In this document: one piece after another, positions 50,010 to 64,000 of the stretch
Layout: each line of letters begins with the position of its first letter
Position numbering within the stretch: the stretch's first letter is position 1
NCBI RefSeq assembly: GCF_006345805.1
Contig: NC_043017.1
Span: 6,882,001-6,946,000, forward strand
Reading direction: 5' to 3'
Length of the DNA: 64,000 bases
Source: Octopus sinensis
Lineage: Eukaryota
Notes under the pieces: generated by a model
The model's database searches: none
Seen by the model: the letters and a program-made list of their open reading frames with translations, nothing else
What the model was told of the DNA's origin: nothing
Program-made: the position numbers and the translations under genes

Positions 50010-50480
50010 TAAAACTGGGGCTAGTGAGGTTGTAGAAATTTTCTGACAACCACTTCTGATACTTTTTCCGGGTGTATGGCAAGGAGCCAAGCCCTGCTGC
50101 CACACCTAAGGCCTTCCAGCAGCAACCATATCCAGTCAGGGTTGGCTACACTCTCCAGCAGACTCACATAGCCGTCTGAATTGAGCACAAGGCCTCGTTC
50201 ATCAGTTGTTGGACGACACCCAATATGCGGACGAAGTCACAACGCCTGCCGTGTCTCTTCCTGTTGACCATGGCTTCGTAGTCTCCGTTGCAGCTGTCTA
50301 TCTCTTGTCTTGCAGCCTCTACAAGTATTCCCAGAGCATTGCGTAGCGGTCATGATGTCAGCAATTTTTATGCCCGACACGAAGCATTACGATACCGGTA
50401 ACTATTTTCCAATATTAAGATGGCTTCCACTTCTCCATGTCAGCTGACTTTTTCTCAACTACAATTCTAATCTTTAAGCT
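50010..50480 (-). mobile_element. Second maT/DD37D-like transposase relic, internally deleted
   Basis: EIDSCNGDYEAMVNRKRH.RR.D.VR joined to GLVLNSDGYV.LL and KWLSENFYNLTSP. Confidence 0.65.
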
Positions 50481-50670
50481 CTCCAAAGCCGTCGAATGTT
50501 CACCAAAACATCAAGCTGTTCTTGAAAAAAGGCGACATATAAATCGTTAAATGTAGCCTGAACACCCTATATATGCACACACTCACACGCGCACACATAC
50601 AATCACACACACAATACATCACACACCCACATATATTATATAGATATATATATGTATATATATATATGTA

Positions 50671-50714
<44 letters not shown>

Positions 50715-50747
50715 TATATATGATATATATATATATATGTATTATTA

Positions 50748-50791
<44 letters not shown>

Positions 50792-50864
50792 ATGTATATA
50801 TATGTATTATATATGTATATATATATATATATGTATATATATGTATATATATGTATTATCTGTA

Positions 50865-50946
<82 letters not shown>

Positions 50947-51619
50947 TAAATGCGTACATATATGTGTTGTGCTCTTACACACCCAGAACACATTAATATG
51001 TATGTCCTAATGTAAAAACCATTCGTCCTCACACTCACAACATCCTGTAAAGTGATATTTGCGGGTAGGAAACGGGTTTTGTTAAGTTCACTTTTTCCTT
51101 TTTCTTTTGTTTTCTTGTTTATTTGTGATTTGTAATTTTTTTTTAATTATATTGATTTTTTTATCCCTTTTCTAAACATTTATTTATTTATCTATTTATT
51201 ATTTTTTTTCCGATTTTGACATTTAATTTTATTGAATTCTTTGTATCCCGTTCTCCGGCCCTCCTCATTCGCTGCCTGTGTGGCAATAAAGAAATCATCA
51301 TCATCATCATCATCATCACCATCGTCATTATCATCGTCGTCGTTGTTGTTGTTGTCAAGGCGGCGAGCTGGCAGAATCGTTAGCACGCCGGGCAAAATGT
51401 TTAGAGGCATTTCGTACGTCTTTACGGTGAGTTCAAATTACGTCGAGGTCAAGTTTGCCTTTCAACCTTTTCGGGGTCGATAAAGTAAGTACCAATTGTG
51501 GACTGGAGTTGATGTAATCGACTTACCCCCTTCCCCCTAATTTCAGACCTAGTAGAAAGGATTGTTATTATTATTATTATTATTATATTATTAATTATTA
51601 TTATTATTTTATTTTCCCT

Positions 51620-51950
51620 TTATCACAGGTTTTGTTGGAACCCCTGGAGTCTTGCATGCATAGCGGGCTTACCATCTGCAGCCTACGGTACCATACTATT
51701 CGTTCTTTTCGGCTATCTAATACTTTCCTGATTATTCTGACCGTGCCAAGGAGGCAAACTTTTGTAGCAATTCTACAAGGCACTCTATTCCAATTTTCTT
51801 TATATTCCCCTTGATGCCTTCTGATATTGTTCCCAAGGACCCAACAATAATCAGCACTTTCTTCACCTTCTTCATTTTCCACAACCGGGCTATTTTGTCC
51901 TTAAGAGGGTTGTATCTATCTTTTCGTCTTCCGTCTTGACTATTCATGGG
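51620..51950 (-). mobile_element. RLE-type LINE 3' end
   Basis: KDRYNPLKDKIARLWKMKKV...VGSLGTIS and VCLLGTVRIIRKVLD, followed by an (AAT)n tail. Confidence 0.7.
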
Positions 51951-52555
51951 TCAAAGGGTCATGCAACCTCAACTATATCATCATCATTAATACTTCGATA
52001 TTAGCCACTAAAAACTGTCATGTTCATTTATTGCATTGTGATCCGTTGGTTAATATATCAGTTTGAATATTACGAGAGGGAGCTGAAAAAGTTCCTGGTT
52101 TTGGGTAAAGAAAATACTGAGGATGAGTTAATTATGATTTTATTCAATATATTCTCCTTCAGATCACACTCTTATACAGGGGTCCTTCGGCTTTTCTAAG
52201 CTCTCTAAAAGAAATCAGAAGTTTGAGCCTCCAACCAGGTCTTTTGCGATACCCTTGTGTGTATGTGTGTGATTATGTGAGAGTGAATGTATGTATATCT
52301 AAAATGTGCATAATTAAATAGCAAGAAATAGATACTTGGTTGGTTTACCTTCAGCTTTTGTGTATACAACACTTCTTTTAACCAAAGGATAATATTGATA
52401 TTTAACTTGACCGGATCAAAAAGATTAAGACAAAGTTTGATCGATAAACTTGAGTAACAAAACATAGAAATACACACACAAGCACCTACGTAAATGCACA
52501 TACATTTTTTTTCTTTTTACTGAACGTGTCGACTGTTCCTTTACTCCGGTACCGG

Positions 52556-52655
52556 NNNNNNNNNNNNNNNNNNNNNNNNNNNNNNNNNNNNNNNNNNNNN
52601 NNNNNNNNNNNNNNNNNNNNNNNNNNNNNNNNNNNNNNNNNNNNNNNNNNNNNNN
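52556..52655. other. Assembly gap (100 N) with a ~700-bp duplication on either side
   Basis: 51856-52555 is repeated at 52656-53356. Confidence 0.95.
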
Positions 52656-53710
52656 ACTTTCTTCACCTTCTTCATTTCCACAACCGGCTATTTTGTCCTT
52701 AGAGGTTGTATCTATCTTTCGTCTTCCGTCTTGACTATTCATGGGTCAAAGGGTCATGCAACCTCAACTATATCATCATCATTAATACTTTCGATATTAG
52801 CCACTTAAAAACTGTTCATGTTCATTTATTGCATTGTGATCCGTTGGTTAATATATCAGTTTGAAATATTACGAGAGGGGCTGAAAAGTTCCTGGTTTTG
52901 GGTAAAAGAAAATACATGAGGATGAGTTAATTATGATTTTATTCAATATATTCTCCTTTCAGATTCACACTCTTATTACAGGGGTCCTTCGGCTTTTCTA
53001 AGCTCTCTAAAAGAACTCAGAAGTTTGAGCCTCCAACCAGGTCTTTTGCGATACCCTTGTGTGTATGTGTGTGATTATGTGAGAGTGAATGTATGTATAT
53101 CTAAAATGTGCATAATTAAATAGCAAGAAATAGATACTTGGTTGGTTTACCTTCAGCTTTTGTGTATACAACACTTCTTTTAACCAAAGGATAATATTGA
53201 TATTTAACTTGACCGGATCAAAAAGATTAAGACAAAGTTTGATCGATAAACTTGAGTAACAAAACATAGAAATACACACACAAGCACCTACGTAAATGCA
53301 CATACATTTTTTTTTCTTTTTACTGAACGTGTCGACTGTTCCTTTACTCCGGTACCTGGAAACCATTAAGCCGTCGTCCCTGTACAGCCCTATTATAGTC
53401 TGTGACGTAACAGTTCTAGTTCCCTCAAGAGGAAAAGGCCTTATTCAGCTCACAGCATTAAGACCTGTCGTAGCTCACTAGAGAAAAAACCCTTTTTGTT
53501 TCTTATTTTAACTCGGGAATTGTTGATGTAGCAATGACCGTCTCGAGCGCACTGTGTTTTCTATCTTACCTGATGTTACGCTATCGTTCTGTTTAATCGT
53601 GAACTGTATGGCATTATGGCACTATACGTTTATATATGTTTGTGTGTATGTGTATACATATATTTATATATCATATGTATATATGCTTGTATGCATATGT
53701 GTGTGTGTAA

Positions 53711-53748
<38 letters not shown>

Positions 53749-53981
53749 CATTATTTTTGAGTATACATTGTCTGGGAGACTTTTCTTATAGTAGAGGAAA
53801 TAGCTAAAATTTTTGGGCTGCTATTTCTAAAAGTTCGGTGTGTGGTAAAGTAAATTATTTTACTGAACCCTAATTATATAACGTAATGTTTTAAATATAC
53901 CGTAAATGGTCTTTTTACAGACTGAACACTAATTGGTAAAATTATTAATTAATAATTAATTAATTTTACCCTTTTATTATT

Positions 53982-54025
<44 letters not shown>

Positions 54026-55376
54026 CCACACATGCATATATGGGTACAGAACGTCACCAACAGTAAACAACATGAAGTACAAAAGCAAATGAGTTCAATG
54101 CGCAAACAACGAGAGAAACAAATGGAAAACAGGACAAGTAACATAAAGAACGACCCTTCATCAATTGTCGCCTGTCTCTTTACTAAAGCTTCGGCGCAAC
54201 CAACGTCTTGTGAGTGGATTTGGTTGATGGAAATTGAAAGAAGCCCGTCGTATATATATATATTATATATGCGTATGTGTGTGTGTGTGTGTGTCATTGT
54301 GTCTGCGTTTGTCTCACCACTGCTTGACAACCAGTGTGTTTACATCCCCCGTAACTTAGCGGTTCGGCAAAAAAGACCGGTAGGATAAGTACCAAGATTT
54401 TCTTTAAATGAGTACTGGGATCGATCCATCAGACTAAAAATTCAAGGCAGTGCTCCAGCATGGCCGCAGTCTAATGACTGAAACAAATAAAAAAATAAGT
54501 TTAAATTCGCCGAATACATTTAATAGCAATATCAATAACGCCACGAAGAACAACATTCACTTAAGTTTAGAACATTTACAGCATTTTTCTTTTCTCCAGC
54601 ACAGCGATATTTGTGTATCAATGCATTAAGTATTTAGAAGGATAAGTTTATAAGGCACAAACTCTTTGTCGGGTACGGGTATTCGAAATTTCTTAAAACG
54701 GAACCACATCTACGAAGCATTAGATTTATGAGTTTTGCCTTTCATCCTTTCGGGGTCGATTAAATAAGTATCAGTTACGCACTGGGGTCGATGTAATCGA
54801 CTTAATCCCTTTGTCTGTCCTTGTTTGTCCCCTCTGTGTGTGGCCCCTTGTAGGCAGTAAAGAAATAAGATTTATGAGTCTTGTGAGTTTATTTGCCACG
54901 AAGTGTTGCAAATTCGACGTTTCGGACAATTGTATTTCTTCAGAAAGAAATACTACAGTGGCAAGTATCACTGTTGTGGAAAGGTGTGCGTGACATTAAG
55001 GTATTTTTAGACACACTGTATTGGAATAATATACGAGATGGTCACGGTTGGGCCGCCTCTGATCTTAGAACCGCTCCATCGGCGATAATCTGAAATTAAA
55101 TAACAGCTCTACACACGTGTTTATATTCGTTTCTAACATATGACCTAAGACTGTTCATATCTACAAGCAGCTACACACACACATCTGTACACAGCTAAAC
55201 ACACAAACCTACACATTACACAGCTACTATATATGTGTGGGTGTGTGTGTGTGTATGCATATGTAATGTATATATATAATATATATATATATAATATATG
55301 TATGTATGTATGTATGATGATGTGTGTGTATGTATATTAAAATATGTATGTGTAGGTATTTATATATATGTATGTG

Positions 55377-55417
<41 letters not shown>

Positions 55418-55482
55418 ATACCTATCTATATGTAATGTATAATAAATGAGGTAATATATATAATGTGTATATATATATAATA

Positions 55483-55542
<60 letters not shown>

Positions 55543-55807
55543 GGTGGCTTAATGGCAATTAGACCCTAAAGGCAAAATTAATAGAGGTCACAAGAGTACA
55601 GAGGGTACACATCAGCACCAGCTATTGCTAGAAAAAAGAGTTACAATAACTCAAAACCCACATATCCCTGGATCGAACGATTTCGGATTTTTATGCATAT
55701 CCTCTAATCCGCATCAGCGACTCTCGACGCCTAGGGTTAAACCCAAAAATACTTGTCAATCTTATAAGAAAAAATTTGAAAAACCTGTCTTCTATTAATT
55801 AATATAT

Positions 55808-55850
<43 letters not shown>

Positions 55851-56019
55851 CATATATATATATATATATACACACATACAAACATGTGGCTACCACCACA
55901 ATCTATTAACATCTACATACACGTTGTTAGGCCAGTTACACACAACTCACCTACACAGATAAGTACATACACACCCACACATACACACAGCACACAAAGC
56001 ATACACCCAAGGATACTCA

Positions 56020-57510
56020 CAAATCTACACCACACAAAAAAAAGTACCTACCACACATACAAGGCACACGATACTCACACAAATCTACACACACACACAC
56101 ACACACACAAAAGTACCTACACACATACATAGGCACACGATACTCACACAAATCTACAACACCACACACACAACAAAAGTACCTAACACATACATAGGCA
56201 CACGATTACTCACAAAATCTACACACACACAACACACAAAAAGTACCTACACACATATAGAGGCACACGATACTCACACAAATCTAACACACACACACAC
56301 AACACACAAAAGTACCTACACACATATAGAGGCACACGTACTCACACAAATCTACACACAACACACACACCCACAAAAGTACCTACACACATACATAGCA
56401 CACGATATCACACAAATCTACAAAAAACACACACACACAAAACAAAGTACCTACACCACATACATAGGCACACGATACTCACACAAAAATCTACACACAC
56501 ATACACACACACAAAAAAAGTACCTACACACATACATAGGCACACGATACTCACACAAATCTACACACACACACACACACACACAAAAGTACCTACACAC
56601 ATACATAGGCACACGATACTCACACAAATCTACACACACACACACACACACACAAAAGTACCTACACACATACATAGGCACACGATACTCACACAAATCT
56701 ACACACACACACACACAAAAGTACCTACACACATACATAGGCACACGATACTCACACAAATCTACACACACACACACACACACACAAAAGTACCTACACA
56801 CATACATAGGCACACGATACTCACACAAATCTACACACACACACACACACAAAAGTACCTACACACATACATAGGCACACGATACTCACACAAATCTACA
56901 CACACACACACACACACAAAAGACCTACACACCTACATAGGCACACGATACTCACACAAATCTACACACACACACACACACACACAAAAGTACTACACAC
57001 ATATAGAGGCACACGATACTCACACAATCTACACACCACACACACACACACACAAAAGTACCTACCACATAATAGGCACACGATACTCACCAAATCTACA
57101 CACACACACACACACACAAAAGTACCTACACACATACATAGGCACACGATACTCACACAATCTACACACCACACACACACCAAAGTACTACACACATACA
57201 TAGGCACACGATACTCACAAAATCTACACACACACACACACACAACAAAAGTACCTACACACATACATAGGCACACGATACTCACACAAATCTACACACA
57301 CACACACACAAACGTACCTACACACATAATAGGCACACGATACTCACACAAATCTACACACACACACACACACACACAAAAGTACCTACACACATATAGA
57401 GGCACACGATACTCACACAAATCTACACACACACACACACACACACACAAAAGTACCTACACACATATAGAGGCACACGATACTCACACAAATCTACACA
57501 CACACACACA
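56020..57510. repeat. Minisatellite, ~55-65-bp unit (aaaagtacctacacacatacataggcacacgatactcacacaaatct+(AC)n), roughly 25 copies
   Basis: Direct reading; unit length varies with the embedded (AC)n. Confidence 0.95.
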
Positions 57511-57624
57511 CACACACACCCAAGCAGCGTTCTCTCTCCGTCAAACCATATCAAACCAAAGCAGTCGCTATTTATACAGCAATAGTTCTGTCACGTAGAC
57601 ATATTACATACGAAGCTCAACTTA

Positions 57625-57734
57625 CGTGGTGGTGGTGGTGGTGGTGGTGGTAGTAGTGGAGGTGGTGGTGGTGGTGGTGGTAGTAGTGGTGGTGGTAGTG
57701 GTGGTGGTGGTGGTGGTGGTGGTGGTGGTGGTGT

Positions 57735-57780
<46 letters not shown>

Positions 57781-58250
57781 GCGCTGGTAGTGGTGATGAT
57801 GGTAGCGGTGGCGGTGGTGGTGTTGATGGCGCTGGTGGTGGCGGTGGTGGTGGTGATGGTGGTAGCGGTGATGGTGGTGGTGTTGATGGCGGTGGTGGTG
57901 GCGGTGGTGGTGGTGATGGTGGTAGTGGTGATGGTGGTGGTGTTGATGGCGATGGTGGTGGTGGTGGTGGTGTTGATGGCGCTGGTGGTGGGGCGGTGGT
58001 GGTGGTGATGGTGGTAGTGGTGATGGTGGTGGTGTTGATGGCGGTGGTGGTGGCGGTGGTAGTGGTGTTGATGGCGGTGGCGGTGGTAGTGGTGATGGTG
58101 GTAGCGGTGACAGTGATGGTGGTGGTAGCGGTAGCGGTGGTGATGGTGGAAATACTACTGATGACAGTGTCGGCGGAGGTGGTGGCGGTGGCGGTGGCGG
58201 CGGCGGCGGCGGAGGTGGTTGTGGTAGCGGCGGCGGCGGCGGCGACGTAG
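57625..58250. repeat. (GGT/GGC)n tract with recurrent gtggtggtgttgatggcg block
   Basis: Direct reading; source of the Pro/His/Thr ORF 57622-58500. Confidence 0.85.
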
Positions 58251-58402
58251 CCAGGAAGTGGGGTTGCTTAAATAGTTTATTGTTCTTAATGAAAATTGTA
58301 CAAACACATATGCACGCGCGCGCGCGAACACGAATACATATACAAAACACGCATATGCGTGTGCGTGTGCGTGTGCGTGTGTGTGTGCGTGTGCGTGTGT
58401 GT

Positions 58403-58433
<31 letters not shown>

Positions 58434-58642
58434 CGTGTGCGTGAGTATGTGTGCGCGTATTTATGGGAGGTAAGGATGGAGTACTGAATGACATACGCAA
58501 GATATTCTCGATTAATTAAAATTTGCCTTTATATATATATGTGTGCGTGTGTATGTGTGTGTGAGTATGTATGTGTACATATGTATATATATATATATAC
58601 TCACAAACATAGATAAACATACCAGTATACATGCTTCATACA

Positions 58643-58675
<33 letters not shown>

Positions 58676-58702
58676 GCATACATACATACATACATACATA
58701 CA

Positions 58703-58735
<33 letters not shown>

Positions 58736-58859
58736 GCATACATACATACATACATACAAACAAGCAAAAATACCCTGTTGTTGTTGATGTTGAAATTCCA
58801 ATGAAGGGGTCTTGGATCTAGGTTAGAAACCGGCTCTTTTTCTATTGGCAAGAAATCTT

Positions 58860-59400
58860 GAAATAAAACTGAAGAACAACATACATACACACATACATAC
58901 ATACATACAAACCCATACATACAGCCATACATACGCTCACACACACACATGCACACACAAACCTACATAGATAACACACACACAGAACAACATGCATACA
59001 CACATACTTAATACATGCACACATACATATACACCCATACATACAGCCATACATACACACACACATACCTACATAGATACACACACATAGAACAACATAC
59101 ATACACACATACTTAATACATGCACACATACTTACATATACACTCATACATACAGCCATACATACACACACACACACATGCACACACAAACCTACATAGA
59201 TACACACACACATAGAACAACATACATACACACATACTTAATACATGCACACATACATATACACCCATACATACAGCCATACATACACACACAGCCATAC
59301 ATACATACACACACAAACCTACATAGATACACACACACATACATTCACCCATGCATCCACCCACCCATCCATCCATACACACACGCATACATACATACAC
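58860..59400. repeat. Degenerate ~120-bp tandem repeat built on CA-rich microsatellite
   Basis: acctacatagatacacacac..gaacaacat..acacacatacttaatacatgcacac recurs 3-4 times. Confidence 0.7.
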
Positions 59401-60242
59401 ACATTCGTACATAGGCAGCGATGATAAAATTCAAGACCTATCAACACATGTCTTGGATTATATAGAGTTGCATTAACAACTTGACTTTGAATTCCATTGC
59501 TCAACGTTTCCCCCAACACAAAAATAACACGCACCTCCGATCGTTAAAGCGCTTCGTACTGAACGACGCGATCGTCACAGCTGAAAAACGTTGGGGTTTT
59601 GTTGGATGATGAGCGATTCTTGCTATTCATTGTCACGTTCGTATCATGTGGTTAATTGGCAACTAAGCGAATAGCGATTAACTATCACTACAGGTCCAGG
59701 AGACAACTATGTCACCATAAACAGATTATTCTCCTAAACGTCGTGCCAGAGCAAGTGTCTCATCTCGTATCTGCTGTCACTCAGATATCGTTTGCAACGT
59801 CTGGAGCGAAGTGGCCAACGAGAACGCATCGCAATCGTTATTCAATGAAAATTAGCCTTATTCAAATGTTGGTGCTGCCTCGTTACTCAGAGTTAAGCGC
59901 CCGAACGATTTTTTGCGTCAGTGAATAAACCAATTCTGGGTCAAGCTATTAATGTGTGTGCGTGCGTGCATGCACACAGACACACATGTGTGTTGTGTGT
60001 GTATATATATATATATATATCTATATATATATATATATGTACATGATATGTAAAAAAAAACACAAACTGGACACAGAACGCAAAACATTTAGAAGACGAT
60101 ACAAAAAAACGGACGGGACATTCGAAGCCTTCGATCTTCAGTCAAGAACCGGATCATCTTCGCAATTTCGGCTGATTAATCTTTATATATATATATATAT
60201 TATATATATATATATAATATATATATATCTATATATATATAT

Positions 60243-60453
60243 AGTTAATCCAAACATGAAAACACAAAGAGAAAACGCAACAACGCGGGGACGTGGAACA
60301 AGTATAGTGTTATTGGACGCTCAGGAAAGGAAAGAAAGGAGGATTAACGTTTCGAGCGGAGCTCTTCGTCAGAAACATAGGAAATGGAAAGATCCAAGAA
60401 GGGAAGACGGGGGTAGGAAATCGCCAACGGTACACACGCGGTCACATTTTGAA
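60243..60453 (-). mobile_element. HH family 1 copy (motif 60342-60376, intact core)
   Basis: GTTT-CTGACGA-A-GAGC(tcc)GCTC-GAAA-CGTT-AATC. Confidence 0.65.
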
Positions 60454-60456
60454 TAT

Positions 60457-60516
<60 letters not shown>

Positions 60517-61749
60517 GCATACACGACAAGAGATAATTTTTGCCTCTTTTTATGGAGACAAAAGGGTTTATAAGACTGCAAAAAAAGAAGTGCTCAAATG
60601 TAACTGAGACAAAGATAAAAAAAAAACATTGATCAGAGAACAAACATCAAATTCGAGTCAACGACTTTGTACATAGCTCCACGCCTCCAAACATTTGATC
60701 ATATATAAATACTAGCAGCTAAGCCCGGTTTCATTCGGTCTGTTTGGATGATGTGGCTGTGATCGTTTTCGGTGAGGCATAATCTATAACAGCGTTTCTC
60801 AAAGTTATCATTTCGGGTCCCCTGTTTCGATTGGAGCCTCCGGCTGTATGAAAATTCCCTGACTCCCACCCCCCGCTTGTCAGAAAACAGCTTCAGGGAT
60901 TGTGAAGAACGAATTTGTACATAGTCTGTTTCCGACGGCTATTCTATTGGACCTCTGTCTATTCATTAAAACATTGATTTAATTATGAACGTAGGAACAA
61001 ATTATACATTAATCCCTATTTTTGTAAGCAGTTGTATCCGTAAAAAATTTTATTTGCAGAGAACAGAAATTGAAAGAAGATATATGAAATGAACCTGTGT
61101 GTGCGTGTGCGTATGTGTGCGTGTGTGTGTGTGTGTGTGCGTGTGTGTGTGTGTGTGCGTGCGTGCGCGTGTGTATATGAGAGAGAAAGAGGGTGAGAAA
61201 GAGAGATAGAGTGAGCGAGTGAAGGTGTGTGTCATGATGATTGACGTCTTTTAAGGTACACACATACAAACATAGAAAATGTGAGGTCATCGTATAAAAT
61301 TTTTACGATAGTTGATTTATGGAAAAGATTATGTTAAAGTTTTGAAATGCATGTGACCTTGTGCAAGTGTCTCGGGCCGACCAAAACCTTGTAAGTGGAC
61401 GTGGTAGACGGAAACTGTAAAGAAGCTTGTGTGTGTGTGTATATATATGTGTGTATGTATGTGTGTGTGTATCCACCATTACCGCTTTACAACCGGTAAT
61501 TTTACGTCCCTGTAACTTAGCGGTTTGGCATAAGAGACCGATAGAATAAGTTACCAGCCTTTAAAAAATATAAACCCTTCAAGGCGGAGGCCCCAGCATA
61601 GCCGCATTCAAATGACTGAAACAAGTAAACGGTAAAGGAATTCTTGATATCTAATAAAAATATAAAAGGATTTTTTTAGGGTCCATTTGAGTAAAGTATG
61701 AATCAAAGGGTCCAAAGGTAAAAAAAAAAAAAAGATGGTTGAGAAACAC

Positions 61750-62700
61750 CGATGTTGGGAGTGAGGATCACGTGATCACGTGACCGACCAGACCATCAGA
61801 TGTTGTTACACATCGCTGGTCGCAATGCGTTCGCATTGTTTTAGCCTTCGAATGACGCCACCCCGCTGGCTAAGCGAGCAGGCCAACAGAAGAGAGAAAG
61901 AAAGTGGGAGAAAGGAGTGGTGAAAGAGTACAGCAGGGATCACCACCACCCCCTGCGGAGCCTCGTGGAGCTTTTAGGTGTTTTCGCTCAATAAACACTC
62001 ACAACGCCCGGTCTGGGAATCGAAACCGCGATCCTGCGACCGCGAGTCCGCTGCCCTAACCACTAGGCCATTGCGTGAGGAAAGGACGGGAAATAAAGAA
62101 AGAAAAGGTGTGAGGCTGAACAATAGACAGAGGAACTATAAATGGTTAGGACGACGAGGGTTCCAGTTCATTCGATCAACAGAACAGCCCGCTCGTGAAC
62201 TTAACTTTCAAGCGGTTGAGCACTCCACAGATATCTGCCCTTAACCTAGTTCCCAGGGAGATTCAGCGTGACACAGAATCTGACAAGGCCGGCCCTTTGA
62301 ATTACTGGTACAGCACATTTTTGCCAGCTGAGAGGTCTTGAGGAACGTGAAACAGTTGGCACTCCGTCGGTTACGACGACGACGAGGGTTCCAGCTGATC
62401 CGATCAACGGAACAGCCCGCTCGTGAAATTAACGTGCAAGTGGCTGAGCACTCCACAGACACACATACGCTTAACATAGTTCTCAGGGAGATTCAGCGTA
62501 ACACAGAATGTGACAAGGCCGGCCGGCCCTTCGAATTACAGGTACAATTCATTTTTGCCAGCTGAGTGGAGTGGAGTTGGAGTGGAGCAATGTGAAATAA
62601 AGTGTCTTGCTCAAGGATACAGCGCGTCGCCGGGAATTGAACTCACGATCTTACGATCTTGAGCCGAATGCCCTAACCACTAAGCCACGCGCCTTCACGC
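61750..62700 (-). mobile_element. Cluster of SINE family C and a related family
   Basis: tRNA-like heads ending near 62075 and 62700; duplicated core at ~62140-62340; related copy at ~40650-40960. Confidence 0.7.
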
Positions 62701-62724
62701 GAGGAAATAACACCGGAAGGATAA

Positions 62725-62755
<31 letters not shown>

Positions 62756-63324
62756 GGATTACGTTCGCATTTCCTCGGGGCAATGATCTCCTTAATCAAG
62801 TCAATAACTCGTATTCACCACTCCCTTGTTGCTTGGTGCCATAACTCTTGGCATCAATTTCGCTTCCAAACTCCTTCTCAGCACATTAGAATTCCTAAAA
62901 TCAACAACAATTTCAATAAACAAGACAGAAATAAGCCGTTCGCGAACGACAGTCATTACGAGGGGAGGAGGTGTGTCTGGGGTGGAGTGTTGGAAAGGCC
63001 ACAAGAGAAAAGAAGGTCAAAGTGACCTGCAGAAATAAATATACGATGTGTTGATGACGCTGGTGGATTGGATGTCGGACAAAAATCAAATGGTGTTATT
63101 TAGTTGACATCCTTCGCGTGTTCTCCTGATTTCGAATCCCGCTCAGGGAAGTTTAACTTCATCTATCTGAGTCTATGAAATAAGTCAGTCGTCCCAGGTA
63201 CGTATCCGGGTAGATATAATTGGCTATACCTCACCTGACCACCAGCACCAGTTATAAAAAAAAATAGGACTCCTTTTGGTAATCATTATTTATGTTTTTT
63301 TTGTTTTTTGTTTGTGTTTTATAC

Positions 63325-63487
63325 AAGATGGTGAGCTGGCAGAATCGTTAATGCGTCGAACAAAATGCTTAGGGGCATTTCATCCGTCTTTACTTTGCCT
63401 TTCATCCTTTTGGGGTCGATAAATTAAGTACCAGTGAAACACTGGAGTCGATGTAATCGACGATTTCCCTCCCACGAAATTTCAGGC

Positions 63488-63540
<53 letters not shown>

Positions 63541-63930
63541 TATTATTATTAAAGGCAACGAGCTGGCAGAATCGTTAGCGCACCGTTCTAAGTTCAAATT
63601 CCTCCGGGATCGGCTTTGCCTTTCGTCCTTTTGGGGTCGATAAAATAAGTACCAGTTGAACACTGGGATCGATATAATCGATTTACTCCTCCCCCAAATC
63701 TGCTGGCCTCGCACCAAAATTTAAAACCATTATTATTAGTAAAGGCGGCGAGCTGGTAGATTCGTTAGCACATCGGAAGAAAATGCTTAGCGGCATTTCA
63801 TTCGTCATTACGTTCCGAGTTCAAATTCCGCCGAGGTCGATAAAATAAGTACCAGCTGAATACTGGAGTCCATATAATCGACTGACTCTCTCCCCACAAA
63901 ATTCTTGACCTTCTACCCAAATTAGAAAGA
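63325..63930 (+). mobile_element. Three consecutive decayed family A SINEs separated by (ATT)n
   Basis: Heads at ~63325, ~63550 and ~63741. Confidence 0.75.
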
Positions 63931-64000
63931 GTTATCTGTTTTGTTTACTTATGTTTATTGTCACGAAAAATGAACTTTAGTTTAGCATATTACATGGTGG

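Noticed and set aside
54913-54946. CUGAAGA...GAAACGUC motif on the minus strand
   Set aside because: Stem II lacks the closing pairs. At best a decayed relic, so not counted among the supported motifs.
55672-55721. Hammerhead-like fold on the minus strand (CUGAUGC, GGAUU/AAUCC)
   Set aside because: The invariant A9 is C, stem III is poor, and the context resembles a DNA-transposon subterminal region; may be chance.
60120-60180. CUGAAGA-containing palindromic repeat on the minus strand
   Set aside because: It has GAAU instead of GAAA and no consistent stem III.
62783-63038. Overlapping 67-80-aa ORFs in unique sequence
   Set aside because: No homology recognised and no consistent open splice frame.

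Overview
Eukaryotic genomic DNA, most likely an octopod cephalopod (inferred from the microsatellite load and SINE families, not proven). The only host gene I can support is the 5' part of an NADPH oxidase 4 (NOX4)-type gene on the minus strand. Its coding exons 1-4 are at 37724-37668, 3560-3465, 2000-1887 and 614-530 (57/96/114/85 nt), all with canonical GT-AG sites; intron 1 is 34,107 bp and the gene continues left of the window. The rest is repeats: several tRNA-derived SINE families (some as head-to-tail multimers), RTE, CR1-like, Tx1-like and RLE LINE relics, mariner/maT and hAT relics or MITEs, short Helitrons, mini- and microsatellites, and a 100-N gap with an artefactual flanking duplication. 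Nearly all long ORFs in the supplied track are microsatellite translations. The strongest unexplained signals are: (i) about eleven type I hammerhead-ribozyme-like motifs from at least six sequence contexts, six of them on the NOX4 pre-mRNA strand inside intron 1; (ii) a near-perfect pre-miRNA-like hairpin at 20147-20214; (iii) a 28S rRNA fragment abutting a perfect 16-bp snap-back hairpin; (iv) a 184-bp SINE tandem array with a 368-bp higher-order period. All folds were done by eye and none of these activities is demonstrated.
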